DNA from: Zancudomyces culisetae HAW-14-8
Taxonomy: Eukaryota > Fungi > Kickxellomycota
Length of the DNA stretch: 64,000 nt
Direction of reading: 5' to 3'
NCBI GenBank assembly: GCA_052426225.1
Contig: JBNJNM010000013.1
Location: forward strand, 1,550,001-1,614,000
Shown one piece after another: positions 1 to 14,965 of this stretch. Numbering within the stretch: the first letter of the stretch is position 1; each line of letters opens with the position of its first letter. A program made the translations under genes and the position numbers. The notes beneath the pieces were generated by a model. It saw only the letters and a list, made by a program, of their open reading frames with translations. It was not told the DNA's origin and ran no database searches.

Positions 1-116
1 AAACGTTGGGGAAGAGGAGTGTAGTGTGTAAGAAAAAAAAACTAGTTTGTTGACAAGTGATATACGAACAACAACGTGAAATATTCTTGTAAGAACCAGA
101 ACTGTTTAATTGTCTT

Positions 117-2023
117 TTAGCTCTCAAAGAATTCTAAAGCAAAACTGAATAATTCAAATAACTCTGTAAAATTCGTACCAAACAGTGACTTCATCCTCCC
201 TTCTGCGTTACAACTTGACTTTGCGGGTTTTGAAGAAATATCAAAACTAATGAATCTTCAATCACAAGGTAGTATATATTCTTGTACGATGTTCATATTT
301 TAAAACAAAAACGTCTTACTACATTTAAACAGATTGTGTTGTATTCAACAGGTAACCCCTGGTAAACTAGGCGAACTAGCAACATGGTAAGAGGTAAAGA
401 TGTTACCGTAGCCAAGAGCAATAGTAACCAAATATGACAAAAAAAAGGGGGGGAGTCGCGATTAAGATGTGCTTTATCTGTAAAAACGCTTCACGTATAC
501 GTTGAGTTTTAAGTAAACGACTTGAAACCAGAACTACCTTATAAGTTTTGCTTAGTTTATTGTGGCGTGTGTACTAAGCACTTACACCTATACTTTCCAA
601 ATGTAAATTAGTGATAATATAAATACTTAAAATGGTGTATATAAACCAAATAACACTTTGTTTTGTTTTTTCACACTTTAACACTGCGAGAAACATAAAT
701 AAAAACTTGAGCCTCTTGTTGAATTATACCTAGAAAATACATACTAGAAAACCACAGGCAAGAACACCTGACACTAAGAGCACACTAGCACTAACCCTTA
801 CCCCAGTATCAACAAAGCTGCTGTCATATGATGCTGTTGTTTTAGAGCTAGTTCTGTTTACATATTTTGTATTACGCAGCCCTTCGTCAAGACTATTTTG
901 GTCTTCTATTTGTTAATAAATGCAAGTATAATGATGATAGAGGCTAGTGGAAATAGTGAAAATTGTAAAAAAGAGATAATTCTTTGTAAATTATTGACAT
1001 ACCATTAACCTTGTTTCCAAAAACTTTCAAGACATTCTTCTCGTTGTCAGATGAATGTGCAAGATAGCTGGACGGGCGTGTTTCCATTTGTATACCAGCT
1101 TCATTTTCTGTGCGTTGTGGCTGTACCCCATTTTCTTGTTTTTTTACTTCAGGATTTGTGTTTTGCTGGTGGTTGGTGTCAAGGTTTCTTAGAAATGCTT
1201 TTGAAAAGTTTTCGTACACACCAATGTTTCCTCCATCTCTACTAGGGCTACTTTTAGTAGTTTTATTGCTTTCATCATCAGTATCGCTGTTATTTTCTTG
1301 TTTTTTTGGATTTGCAGGTGGTGCATATTCATCATTCTGAATCAAGTTGTGCTTTGTTTTTAATGGGTCACTTTTACTCTCAGTCTCTAATGTTATACTT
1401 TCAAAGCTCACAGGAATAATTTTTGGTGGTAGGTTGGTGGGTTCATTTTGGTTTCCAGATGACGTCCTGGGCTTGTTGTTGGTTGGATGTGGTGATGATC
1501 CCACATCTCTTTTGTTGTATTCCATGTTATTATAATCAAAAATATCGTCCCTTGCTAGCGTTCTGAAATTCCTCTTTAAAATATCAGTTCGTTGAGGGAT
1601 ATCAGTATCACCATTTTCTGGTAAATCACCATATCTTTTTGAGCCTATATTAATGACGTATAAATAATGTATTAGAAATGTTTACATTACAATATAAGAT
1701 GCATGTATTTATGTGATATACCTAATGCGTATAAAGGACAAGTTAGAAGTAGAAATATATATCTGTTCATTTTGATTAGCGTCTCTTCCTATTTATGTGC
1801 TCCACTTTTATTCTTGAAAATTTTGATAGAAAAGGTAAAATTAGGAAATAGTGTATTGAAACGTTTTTCGAGGGAATTGATACCTTTATATGTGCATACT
1901 TTTCTCTTTCCAGATTAACGAGGTATTGGGATAGGTCTAAGTCGAAAATACTATAAACAGGTAAATACGTGTATAGCGCTCCTAGGGTTATATTATGGGG
2001 TAAATTACTTGAAGACACAGCAT
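117..2023 (-). CDS. Multi-exon hypothetical protein (low-complexity N/S/E/K-rich central exon); 5' exons not resolved
   Basis: ORF 944-1525 extends in frame up to an AG acceptor at 1645-1646. Other GT-AG-bounded exon candidates at about 2023-1884, 1762-1722 and 907-802, and a terminal stretch ending TAA at 117. No domain recognised. Confidence 0.4.
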
Positions 2024-3618
2024 CTAAATATAAAGATATGTGTACTGTGTGTTAGCTTATAGCCTTGGTTCTAGCGAAAGGGAGAAGTGAGAAGAAATAG
2101 GAATACACTATACTGCTTATTCACCAGCTGAACTTCTCCAAGAGTTACATTTTATTTATTTTTAGTACGCTTGTAAGCAGTGTCATGGGTTGAGTTCAAT
2201 ATTATCGAAAGCTGGATAAACGAAATGTTTGAATACTCGTAAAAGTGTGTGATGACATCTAAGAGTTACTTTGCTAGCTTTTGCAAAATAAATGAGTACA
2301 TGTTTTAAATTGGAGATATTGGTTTAGTTGTATTAACTTTTCTGTAAAAACTGCCACCTATGGATGTTAATACGTAGAAACCACTATAACACAGGTGGTT
2401 GTTTTATAGCAGGAGTCGCTAAACATACAATACTTTCGGTATGATAATACATACTCGTTAGAAACCCACGGTCTCAGCCTATTTTGGTTTTGTAAATGTT
2501 ACATGTATGAGTATATCCAAAATAAAGCCTAAATCTGTATTAGTGAACCCTCATAGATTTTTCATCTAGCTAAGCGACTTCTGTATATATAAAAAATTAT
2601 TGCAAAAAAGGAGAAGAAAAAGGATGTTTGGTAACTATGCTTCTATCAAATATATATACCAATGAATAGTTTAGATGGAGAAAATTTTATACAGTTAAAT
2701 AGATATATCGTCTTTACGATCTCTTTTTTAGGACCGGAAAGTTGTATTTTATGGAACCTATTTAATTTTTGAAAATGTTTGGTTTTTGGTAGTGGAGTAT
2801 TTAGCGTACATAACCAAGAGGCTGGTCAAGCATAACCATTTGGATCTTTTTTTTTGTTACTCACCATCAATGTTTACTACTCTTTAACTTTGTGTGAAAT
2901 GAAGGGTCTCAATGCTAACTTTGCCAATTATCAGGAGATACAGTGAGATTGTAGCTAATATTACTCATGGTCTCATGTCTGATCGCGCAAACTGAAGATT
3001 TATAAACCATCCATCGGGAGTTTTCAGCCTTGATTTGCAAATAGTCGTTTTCAATAGCATTGTGAAAATCCCAGATTTACCCAATGCAAAAATAGTCTTT
3101 TTTCCGCTAATTTGCGGTTATGAAACGAACCATACTTGTTTGCTTGAACAGAGGAGGTTGGATTAAGGAACAGCAATAGGAGCAGTAAAAGGAAAAGGCA
3201 AAAATAAAGATTTAATAAAAATGCCAAAACACATAAGTGGGGAGAGGGGGGGGGGTTTCCTTCAGAACTGCCATCCAATTAATCAGCGTGCATTGCTTTA
3301 GAGTACAACGGGGCCAAAAAAAAAAGAGGATCTTGTAGAACCACTAAGCATTCCAATGAAAACGCGAGGCTTTGTTGTTGCTTTTTTTCCTTTGAAATTT
3401 GTAATCAAAAAATAATGGTGGATGCTATATTTTTTTAAAGAAATAGTAAAAAGGAGTATCAATTTTAATCAGTTTTTTTTTAATAGTTGAGACTAGATAT
3501 TGTTAAAGACAGGGAAATGATCATATCTAGCAAAGCATTTCAAAACCAAGGAACTTAATAAGGATTTAGTATATGTACACAGATTTTGAATTTTAAAAAT
3601 TAGATTTATTCCAAGAAA

Positions 3619-5743
3619 ATGAAAAATAGAGCTCAAAAATCGAACAAAGCCAAAGAAAGACCGGGCAAGGATCAATCCAAAAAACATGCGGTAATCATTT
3701 TTATAAGTTTCTGATTGTTGTAATGTTAAGTGCAGCTCACAGTGTTTTAGAATTGCTTTTTTTTTTATCTCCAAAAAAGGAACAGGTAATATATAGTGGA
3801 TAATATGAATTTAAAATAGAAGAATGGAGCAGGAACGACCCAGGCAGACGAAAAAAAAAAGAAATGGGTCAATTGGCACGTTAGGGCTTTGTATGGGTTT
3901 CTAATGGTTGGCATGTTTCTAGTGATATTGGGATTGGGACCCTTGGCAACAATACTTTTGGTACTATCACTACAAACGCTAGTATTTAAGGAACTGATCT
4001 CGATATCGACGAAAAGTAATATACAGCGACATTTACCCTGGGCAAGAGCACTTAACATGTGAGTATTTGGTACTATTTATTGGGCGTATTGGTGTGGAAC
4101 AGTGGACATGAACCTCCTTTAAAATGATATGCTTTTTAACGTATTAAATCGAAAAGTAAGTTTTGATAATGTACTATCGAGTGTAGATATTTTCTGATAG
4201 TCACAGTTAATTCATTGTATGGGCCAATATTCTACAAGTACATATTGAAGGTACCTATTAAAGGAGTTACCGAGATATTTGAATTTTGCATTCATCACCA
4301 CCGCTTTGTTTCATTTAGTTCATATATTGTGGGTAAGTTATGTAGATATTTTATTTCTTTTGTCAATTCTTGTCAACATTTTATATTAGCTGATGGAGCA
4401 TCATAGACAAGCAAATAACGCGAGAGGGATCGATGACTTAAATATAGGCTTTGTCTGGTTTGTAACAACATTACGACGAGGATATTACAGAGTTCAGATA
4501 ACACAGTTTTCTTGGATGTTGATGATATTGGTGGCGGTAGTAGAACAGAGTTACTTTCAGGTTGCTAATATCCTAGACGGATTGTTCTGGTAAGATTTTA
4601 AGAGCTGCGGCTGTTTGTGGTTGAGTGTAAGATTATAATGTAAATGACTTGATAATTTTAGGTTTATTATGCCAGCATCATTTGTAATTGTCAACGATTC
4701 GGCAGCATATGTTTTCGGACTCTTTTTTGGTCGGCATAAGTTAATAGAACTCAGTCCTAAAAAGACATGGGAAGGGTTTTTAGGAGGTGCGCTGACAACT
4801 GTGTTGTTTGCGTTTTTCGTAAGTTGATTTCTATTTTGTTATTTAATTTACGAGAAAAGAGAAGAAAAAAAAAGAAAAGAAAAGAATATTATCTAAAGTT
4901 ATGAGGCTAACAAAAAAAAAACCCCCCCTTTATTTTTTTATCTGGATAATAGTTTACTCCACTAATAAGTTCGATTCCATTTGTTGTTTGTCCTGCAACT
5001 GTAAGTCAATAGTCTATAATGATATTATGATTTCAAGAAATCAAAAATACATTTTATATAATTATGTATATGTAATGTATATGTATTCATTTATAGAGGT
5101 TAACAGCAACAATTTTCAACTACAACACCTGTACACCACCACCCGTTTTTCAAGTACAAAGTTATTCAATCCCAGAACTTTTATTACCATTATTATCAAT
5201 CGTAAGTGGATTAATACTTGTTTTCCCATGGCTTTGCACGATTATGTTTTAAAAATATTCATTATTAATATAATATACACACGGATATATAGATTGGGTA
5301 TACGGGGAAAACGTTTAGTTTGAGACCAGCACAACTCCACTCGATGGTTTTGGCATCGTTTGCATCACTGATTGCGCCATTTGGAGGATTCTTTGCTAGT
5401 GCTGTTAAACGGGCGTTTCAAGTCAAAGACTTTGGAGATATCATTCCAGGACATGGCGGTGTTACAGACCGTTTCGATTGTCAATTTATAATGGGAGCAT
5501 TTGCAAATGTTTACTTTAACACGTTTGTCAAGGTAAGTAATCCAGAATGTATATTAGCGCTAGTGAGTATTTTTTTTTATTAACACATTTGTCTTTTGCT
5601 TTTTACAACTGGTATTATAGATCAAGTCTGTTTCTTCCACAAAACTACTCTCCACAATTATCACCAGGCTTACTGTAGATGAGCAGTTACAGCTTTACGA
5701 AAACCTTGGAGAATATCTAGGAAATATTTCTGCTCCTTCATAA
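3619..5743 (+). CDS. CDS1: Phosphatidate cytidylyltransferase (CDP-diacylglycerol synthase), multi-exon
   Basis: Spliced exons read [16 protein letters not shown]..., [13 protein letters not shown] (about 4750-4790) and the signature [24 protein letters not shown] (about 5425-5495). ATG 3619; first intron 3691-3819; stop TAA 5741-5743. Confidence 0.93.
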
Positions 5744-6095
5744 AGTAACCCCTATTCTTCTCTGGACCTTTTTGTTTTATTTTTGTTTGGTTAAGATGAA
5801 TACATTTATTTATCCGCAAGATAGTTTTTTGTTGGATTTGTAAACTTTTTTACTTTTAATAAAATACAGCCTAATTCTTAAACTTTAACTATGGTATCTT
5901 ATCTATAAAATACAACATTTAACTTGTTATACTTTGATACTCAAAGTGTAGAAAAGGAAAACAGAGATAAAATGCAATTTCTCTTTTTTTGTTATGTTTT
6001 TGCTTTTGTTTTTTGTTCTGAAGGGTCAGGGCTTTTGGTACAATAACGAGAAAACATCTTTCTCTTTAGTTAGAGCTTTAAATAAGCGAGTAGTT

Positions 6096-7241
6096 CTAGT
6101 TGGTAGCTACACATTTTGTATTATCTTCACATTTTCCGGCGTAATTTCCAAACAGTTCAAAGGCAGTGGTGGGATATGCTTTTTTTTGATCTAATACATT
6201 GTCTATAGTACATTCTTTGTCATCAAACCCTTTCCTTCTAATAGTCAAGCCCAGCGTACCCCATATCCTGCTGAGAGCAGAGAAGCTTTTTTTCTCCTTA
6301 ATTTTTTTCTCTGGTTTATCGGGTTTAACTTCACTGTCAGTGGAATGCATGTTCATCAAATCGTCCGAAAAATAAAGCTTCTTTCTACTTTTTATAACAG
6401 TGGTGGAGCTAGGATGTGTATATGTCCTACTAATGCCAGCCGTGCTTTTATATGGTGATGAATCGGCGTAACCATTTTGGTGTCGCGTTTTGTTCCAGGT
6501 GTTTTCCTTGAGCGGCTCCTCAAATTCTATGGATATGTTGCGTGCTGTTTCGTATTCTTCATTTAAATCGTTATATACAAGGGTAAGTTGTGGACTGTGT
6601 TGAGCTGTATTTTCCAGACTAGACAACATCAGGCTGGAAGTACTATTATCGCTATAGCGTCTAGGTATGCTGATGTCGGTGGCCTCGCTAGTGATAGATG
6701 GCGATTTAGTTGAGATATCAGATGTGTTGACAAATAAACCCAGGTTTATATTTTTTGACAGTTCGCCAGAGTTGGAAGTGTATAACCATCCATCAATCAA
6801 TCTTCCTTCTCGTCTTGTTTTGGAAGAACAATGTAACGTACAACTGTTAGATCCATTTAATGCTCTGCTTCTACCCAAAAACACATTTTTCTTGGAAATA
6901 TCAGTTTCTTCAAGTTGGTAAGCGTTTTTAAGATCAACAGATCTTACAAGTTGTTTGTTGGTACTCTTGGTTCTTTTCTTTTTCTTCAAATGTAATTTAT
7001 TTTTTCTGCTTCTATTTGGGTTATGTGACTGAATGCCTGCATTAGAGCCCGTGTTGTTTCCATTACCAGAAACGGGTGTATTGCGGTGTTTACAACTAGG
7101 AGGTAAAATACCTGGATTTCTCATCACCAGCTTGACAGTGCTGCAGTAAACACATTCGCACTGGGTGTGACAATCACAGCTGCAGTGTCCAAGTGTCATA
7201 CAGCATATACCATCCCATCCTCGACACTTTTTACAGGCCAT
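6096..7241 (-). CDS. Hypothetical protein with Cys/His-rich N-terminus and basic NLS-like patch
   Basis: 381-aa intronless ORF: MACKKCRGWDGICCMTLGHCSCDCHTQCECVYC, then KKKKR, then a Ser/Thr-rich body. Confidence 0.65.
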   Translation of the reverse strand: MACKKCRGWDGICCMTLGHCSCDCHTQCECVYCSTVKLVMRNPGILPPSCKHRNTPVSGNGNNTGSNAGIQSHNPNRSRKNKLHLKKKKRTKSTNKQLVRSVDLKNAYQLEETDISKKNVFLGRSRALNGSNSCTLHCSSKTRREGRLIDGWLYTSNSGELSKNINLGLFVNTSDISTKSPSITSEATDISIPRRYSDNSTSSLMLSSLENTAQHSPQLTLVYNDLNEEYETARNISIEFEEPLKENTWNKTRHQNGYADSSPYKSTAGISRTYTHPSSTTVIKSRKKLYFSDDLMNMHSTDSEVKPDKPEKKIKEKKSFSALSRIWGTLGLTIRRKGFDDKECTIDNVLDQKKAYPTTAFELFGNYAGKCEDNTKCVATN

Positions 7242-10055
7242 TATTTGCGTTAAGATATCTTTTTATTTCTGTTTATTTAATAAAAGCGAATTTGCGTACT
7301 ATTTTTTCAAGAGTGCCAAGTAGAAACTGAAAGCGAGGAAGTTCTCGCTAATATATATGGAAAATTCCACTTACAGAGTTAGTGATTGTAGTTATGTTGG
7401 TGGTGGAAGGGTTGGAGGCAACGCATGGCGGGGCTTATCATTAATTCCTGAGGTTTTTTTTTTATTACCATCAATCACCATTAGTTTGGTTACATATTTG
7501 ATTGTTTATTGCCAGAAATATCCATATCCAAGCTATAAATTTGAACTGAAATATAAATTAAATTCTTTGTGAATGTTACTGAAAAGTATGGATTGTCATG
7601 CAAGTTGATGATCCTTGACTTTTTTTTTTCTCAGGTTTGCAAAAGGCATAAATAAACTTCAATGATTTTCTGGTTACACAGATTGTTGTTTCTGTTTTGG
7701 TTAATTGTTATACTTATCTAATATATTTCGGAACGTGATGCCTGTCATTTAAAGAAAATTCGATTATTTTGCTAACTATGCTAGAAAAAAGCAAAAAAAA
7801 ATGAAGGCTATTGAAGAATCCAGCTAAAATCGATTGATGACCAACTAAACTAGTCAAACATTTTATTTTATTTTGTTTTATTTTATTTTTTTCAACATTC
7901 CAAAAACAAATGTTTTTTTTGATGGATGTCTGTAGTATTTTAGAGTAGGTATACGTCACTCATCTAATCCAGCTCGACTCAACCGATCCCTGTGCTATCT
8001 CGACAAAAACAAGTGTGTGGGTGTGTAACATAACATGGTATTTTTTCTCAGGGAAAAGAAATCATAAAGATCATCATAGAGGTGTATAGAGGGTACTAAC
8101 TGCTATTTTTTTTTTCTCGAGTAACACAGTTAAATCACACAATGGTGAAAAGGCAAAACATTACATTTCATGTGTTTGTAAGCTTGCAAATTAGAAATAT
8201 ATGTTCTACAGCTAACCTATACTACTGAGCACCAGGGATATTTACTTTGTCTGGTGTATTGGCTTAAAGTTATCTTTGTGACCAGAGAACCCTTTCGGGA
8301 CCGGAATCTATTTGAAGGTTCACATCCCTTTTTAGTAACTTGCACCTAAGCGAGCCAAAAATTGCAAATGTAATATGTTATGGGCTGACTTTTGATTTTT
8401 ACATTTTTTTTTAATTATCGAATCAAAAGTTAAAAGAAGTAACCATTTTACTAGTAATAAAAACGGGATGCAAAAAAACCCTAGAGTAGAAGAAACCCAT
8501 CAAACCAATCAAAGGGTGTAAAGATCATAATTGCATCTGTTTTCTCAACTGTACCCCGCTGTATCAATATGTTCACGGAGCACATTAACGTCTTCATTGA
8601 GTAATAAATAATACACGGACTTATTTTTTAGCTATACAAAACAAGAAACTTAGTCTCCGCTTGTTCTGAAATTGCACTTTACCAATTTGGTCCATATTGA
8701 TTCGAATCGTTTATTTGGAAAACCGTATTTATTTCAAATTCACTAGATAAAAGCATATTGCTCATAACAAATGTATGTGACGCTCTGGCTAGATTATGTA
8801 AAATGAGAGGTACTTCAAATATGGTTCAAGAGAAATAAGAAAGCTCAACTAGTTATATACATACTGGAAGTTGTGTTTTTATCATACTGTATCCTTTCCA
8901 CCATGTAATTGGTGTTTACATGTCATTTCAAACACCGTCTTTTCATAAATCACAAAAAATTGGGCCGGGTGTATATTTTCTCTGATCGCGTTCAACTTTG
9001 ACACGTTCAGAGTTGCGAATCGTGTGTAGCATCAAATCAGCGGCTGTTGGTGGGTTTTTAAGTTTTATGTTTTTTGCACATGAGTTTGGCTGTGATCCAC
9101 TTGTTTGAAAATGTCATTACTAATGAACTACAATGAAAATAGCCCCGAAAGTAAAAAACATAAACGTAAACAAAAACATGGTAACATTGATGTAACATAC
9201 AGGGTCTTTGTGATACTGCAACTTTTTCTTGCTTTTGTTCTTTAGGTTAAATGGGTGGCTTTTTTTTTTGGTTTTTTTTGGTTTATTTTGAAAAGCATCA
9301 GAGAATATAATATTAAGCATAGCAGTCAAAAAATAGAAGCCTCATTCTAAAAACGTACACAATAGAATCGTTTTTCATCTTTATTTTCGATAGTTACAAG
9401 AGATTACTTTATGGTTGTTTCAGCGCGGTCGTTTTAGTATGTGAACATATCCTCATGACTTTAAAGTAGCCTGGATACGATGAAGCTTATTCAAACAGAC
9501 CCCAGTTTTCTCTAGTTATATGAAAACTCTCTCCATAAATTGAAAATAAAGCTGGTTTTTTGCACCCCTTTTATTAAAGTGGTGTGTACACATAAATACT
9601 TGCTCTTTTAGTACGGGTTTATTCTGAGAACTTTGCAACAAACTCAATAAATAGAGCCAGAGAGAAATCTAAGAATTTTAGTACTCATACCGTTTTACTG
9701 CCTGTATAATGAAATTGAAGGATCAGGTTCTTGAGCCTAGTTTGGGCACTTTGATGCTTCGAGTGAGCAAAAATGCACATCCACGTGATTTTCATTGAGC
9801 TGGGGATGCGCGTTTGCAATTTTTTTAATAATTTGGGCGGCGAAATAACAAAACCAATGCTAGGTCGGGAAGGATTGGAATTGGAAGCCAATTTGCATTT
9901 TTTATTTAGCTTAAACATTTTTTTTTACCTTCAATAATACTCCAAACTAAAACATAGACCAACTCGAGTTTGACAATAGATTGGATTTGAATAGCTTCAC
10001 AAATAATAACTTATTAAGGGTATAGCAAATTGTAGTATATAAGGGCGAGATTAAT

Positions 10056-11809
10056 ATGGAATTTTCGGAGGGTAAGGCAATCAACTAAAGCAAGAAAAGC
10101 AGGATTAATCACTTTATTTATTGGTACCAAAATGGACATTGGCTTTTAGATATAATCCAATTGATATATACTTGTCTCAACTATACATATTATTTCTTTT
10201 GTGTTCATAAACTGAACCTCCGATATACTTACACACGGTGTGTGATAAAAATAGATGAAGCAAGCCTGTTGGTGATAATCATCGATTGTAATCTATTTCA
10301 ATGGAAAAAAACAAAACTGGATTTTTCAAAAGCGATTAGGCAGATTTTGATTTTTATAAATGCTTATCTTACACTAAAAGCCGAAAACCGGATAGCTATT
10401 ATCGGAACATCTGTGGATAATTGGTAATTTTCTGCTTTGACTGTTATTAAGTATATTACCAATTCTCATTCATTCTACGTTTTATTTACCTTAAATTTAT
10501 ATTTTTTAATATCGTAAACAGCGAGTATATATACCCCGGTGGGCGGAGTGAAAGCGACGAAACACCTATTCTCGACATTGGAAATGGCATGTACCAAAAT
10601 ATCGATGATAAAATTCTAAGAGAGATATTCTCTCTGGTAGCCAGGACAGCGATTCCGATGACTAATCCGAAAGGTAAGGCTAACACATGACTATGTATTA
10701 TGGCGGGGGAAACGAAGGACGAGCTAACAATCGAGGAATGTTTTTTCTATTGTAGATTCAACAAAAATGTCGACAGGACTCTCGAAAGCACTTTCATGTA
10801 AGTTAAATGCGGGTACTATAACGAATTTACATAGGATAAATGCAAAGTATAATAATTGAGTATGGATATATACTAGATATAAACAAATTTTCGAAGGAGC
10901 ATATAACCTCGAAGCATCAAAACCGAGTTCTAGTGGTATCTGTTTCTAACGATGATGCCAAGCAGTATATTTCAATAATGAATTCTATATTTGCAGCTCA
11001 GAAAATGGTATGTTTATTTTAATTTATAAATGCCATGATAGACCCACATCTATATATTTCAATATGAAGAAAGTATTTGAGTACTTGCAAACAATAAATA
11101 GGGTGTGTTGATAGATGTATGTAAAGTAATGAATGGTACTTCTTCCTTTCTTGAACAAGCTGCAGAGATCACCGGAGGTACCTTTGTAAGCGAGTTCCCT
11201 ACAGAGGGGTTTCTACAAACCTTGATGGTAAGTTACCGATCTTTAAAGCTTTTATTGGTATACACTTTTATGAACACCAAATAAATGAATAAATGAATAA
11301 ATGAATAAATATATTTATATATTTTATACGTTGAAGACATAATTTTGTACTTACCACTAATTATGTTATCTGTATAAAACTAGTTTTCATTTATGGCTGA
11401 TCACTATTCAAGACAGTTTTTTATGTTACCAGGAAAGAATGATGTGGACTTTAGGGCCGTATGCTTTTGTCATAAAAAGATCCTTGACATTGGCTATGTC
11501 TGTTCCGTCTGTTTATCAAGTAAATTCTCCTTTCATTTCTTTTTTCTCATATTTACCATCACGTTGTTTTTTATTTTCAGCAATCACAAGCACGATTTCT
11601 TCATCACTTATTTGAAAACAAAATAGTATTTTGCAGCTATGTACCTGTATGTTCTACTTGCCAGTAAGTTTTCATTTTTTAATTTTTGATATTTCCACAA
11701 TCGCTGAATAATTCTGATACTCACATGCTAAACACAAAAATCACGTATTTTTGTAAATAGGACAAAGTTTGGGCTTAAGCTTCTCACTCCACCAAAGGAC
11801 CAATGTTGA
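10056..11809 (+). CDS. TFB4: TFIIH subunit Tfb4/p34 (vWA-like domain plus C-terminal zinc finger), multi-exon
   Basis: Exons encode SLLVIIIDCN, QILIFINAYL...NRIAII, QYISIMNSIFAAQK, FLEQAAEITGG and DFRAVCFCHKKILDIGYVCSVCLS...CSTC. ATG 10056; stop TGA 11807-11809. Confidence 0.93.
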
Positions 11810-14800
11810 TCTGTGCATTTAATATTAATCGGTTGTTTTTTTTTTCTCGTCAATGTTATCTAGGGAAAATTAAGATGTTAAAGCCACAATTGACTCTGCT
11901 GATACTACGGATTAATCTTCTCGCCTTCCATCCGCATCTGCCAACTATGTTTACTTTAGATTTTATCTAATAAACGTATTTACAAGTTACGGAGCTCCCA
12001 CGATATCAACGTTTATTAGAAAGTGCTCTGCTTAGGTGAATATTTTTAATCTAGCTATCGTTCGCTTTGGTATTTGATTATAGTGTTGTATTCAAAGTTC
12101 ACTATAGAACAGGCTGTATCTACTTCTCTTTAAGTATTGTTTCCTCTTTTTGGGGAAGAGGTTACACCAAGGGACAAGTGGAGTGCATCATAAAAAATAT
12201 AAATAAAAGTATGCTACCCATAACTTGCCAATTCTTGTCTGGATTGTATGAGAATGGTGCCAAAAAAAGAGTGGCCAGTCTAAAGGATATGGATTTACAT
12301 GTTGAAAAGTTCACTTTGAGTTCATTCAAACCACAAACGTTCCTGTTTCTTTGCATTTCTTACGTTTTAACGACGTCCTGGATGTGTCCTATCCGATTTT
12401 GTTATGCATAAACTCACCAGTTTCTTTTATTTGTTAGTTAAATTCAGCAACTCACTCCACAAACAAGAAAAATAAAATAGCCATAACACTGACATCATAT
12501 ATTTTTGTATTCTATTCCCCCATCTACATTGATATACTGGAAACAGAATGCTTCTGTCTAAAACGTACGAGATGTCGTACATTAAGCACAATATAAATCA
12601 TATAAAAGCTAAAGCTTTAGCTTGTTCATTTGCCTATCCACAAAAATTTAAAATCTGATACTGTAATTCAGTTTACAAACTCGACTAGCAGTTTTTTTTT
12701 CTTCAAAGAATCAATGTTTTTCTACTATATATTTACTAATTATTCTATACTAAATCATAGCATCGATTTCCACTAAATTGGCTAATTTATTAACAAGCAA
12801 AATAGGGTATCAGCCCAAACCGTCAGTTTATTTTTGCGTTTTTTATTTTATTTGCTCATTTAATAATCCAAGTTTTCAGTTCTAGAGTTAGATATCACTA
12901 AAAAGACCCAGGAATCCTAAGAAAGGTATACAATGGTGTATGATGAAATAGAACTATAAAAATACATAACCGTCATTGTGCCTTTTTTTGTAGAAATCAG
13001 CTCACCTCATTTTCAGTTTCCATTTCACTCTTTTTTCACTTCCCATAAAAAGAGAATATGCACTGTTTTTTTTTCATCGAATGAGGTTGTTCTGGGATTT
13101 GGGGAATGGTGATGCTAGAAAAGCTGAATATATAAACACATATCAAAACTGCGTCTATATTCCCTTAATGTTGGGGATTTCAATCGATATCAAAATAAGT
13201 AAATAAAAGCTCTGGCTGTTAGCCCAAATACCTAGGTGCTAAGCATAAGGGAAACGATCATGTTACCTTTTCTTTCTTTACTTTTATTACCCAAACGTTT
13301 TTTCTTTTTATCAAATGTGTAATCGATGATAAGATTTCCTCAAAATAACAAAGTATTTTTGGTTATATTTTTGCACTGGCCTGTAAATTGAATCATAGAT
13401 CTAACTAGAGCTGTTTGCGTGCGTCTAAACACAAATACGGAAAGAATCTAATTCATTCTGTTCAACGCTACCAAGATTATGGATACCTTTCATTCCAGCG
13501 TGTATCTGTGTACAATCGCATTACAAATTCTATGAGAGAAAAGAAAGAGTACCGTGTGGTTAATTTCGCGCTTTTCTGTTTTAACTACATCCTTTTCTTT
13601 ATTATCTCAAATTCAACTCAAAATTGAGATAGCTATTCAATAATATCTGTTTAATAAACGTGCTTTTTGAAACATGGAAATACAACGAGATACTTTTAAT
13701 ATAAAACGTGTATATCTCATGCTTTCTTGTATACACTTAATGCACAAATGTTGTCATGCTAAGCAGGATTGTTGGTATATGAGATAATCATTCCATGCTG
13801 GTCACTCCCAAGCAATTTACCAACAAAAACTACCCAATAAAAATAAATCACCTTTTTAGTATCTTATTAGCAAAAAAATCACTACTATAATCATTTTCAT
13901 ACATCAAATCTAGTGGGGGGGAAGTTTTAGTGGTGCTACATATTAATGATTGGACACCACTGGCTTTGCGAAATATGGTGCAGAAAAACGGTTATTTCTC
14001 TTTACAAGCTTTCGCACATTAAATGACCTTTTTGTCGGTGGAATTATTACCCAATCGGCAGTCATTTTTATAACAACACAACGTCAGCCAAATCAGATAT
14101 ATGGGTAAATTTTCTCAGCCCATTTATTGGGTAAAAAATAAGTTCGACAATATACATATTTACTGGAAATTGTGCTAATTTAAAATTATTAGTAGGTTTA
14201 GGGAGATGATGAGCAGCAACATGGCGAATACTATTAGTAAAGAGGTGACTTAATCGTCGGAATTTGGCTGCAGGATGTTGGGCCAGAAATAAAGTAACCT
14301 GACCAACAAGGAAAGGGTTTATTTTCCCATTGCTAGCAGCTGGGGTTTTGCTCTCCAGCTCTTTCCCGCAACACCCCCACAGATCAGATATACCACAGCT
14401 TGCCAAATAAAACGACACAATAATGGCCAATGTGGTCTATAGTTTGAATGGGAGGTTACTAAAGCTACATGCCTAGCTATTTACCAACATGCATCATTTT
14501 CTCGACCATTAGCAATAAAGCGGATACGTTACATAATGCATTCAGAAAAACATGTTACTAAATAATCAATATATCTTACCGAATATTAACGCACTTATGT
14601 AAAGCTATTGGTCTTTAATAAGAGAGACACTTGTTTTTATACACTATTTTATCAGGATACTCTTACTTTACTCTGTATTAAGTATAAGCCGATGCCATAG
14701 AGTAAATCTTATATCACCTGTCTTTAAATTAAAATTTAATATCTTATACCACAAGTCTAAATGTGATATTGCAAAAACTATAAATAGACACATAAACAAA

Positions 14801-14965
14801 ACTCCTAAAACGCAACATAACCATCGACTAATCAGGACTAACAAGCTTCTGCATTATATATAATCAAAACAACAACAAAAATAAGAACAACTTGGCTTTT
14901 AATAGCATTAAGTACCATTTCTACTCAAGAGTTAAAAAAGTAAATCAAAAATAACTACTACCAAG

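Noticed and set aside
7250-14900. Short ORFs outside TFB4 (e.g. 12067-12411, 14068-14430) and possible RNA genes
   Set aside because: No recognisable motifs, mostly non-ATG starts, and no tRNA cloverleaf or rRNA signature seen.
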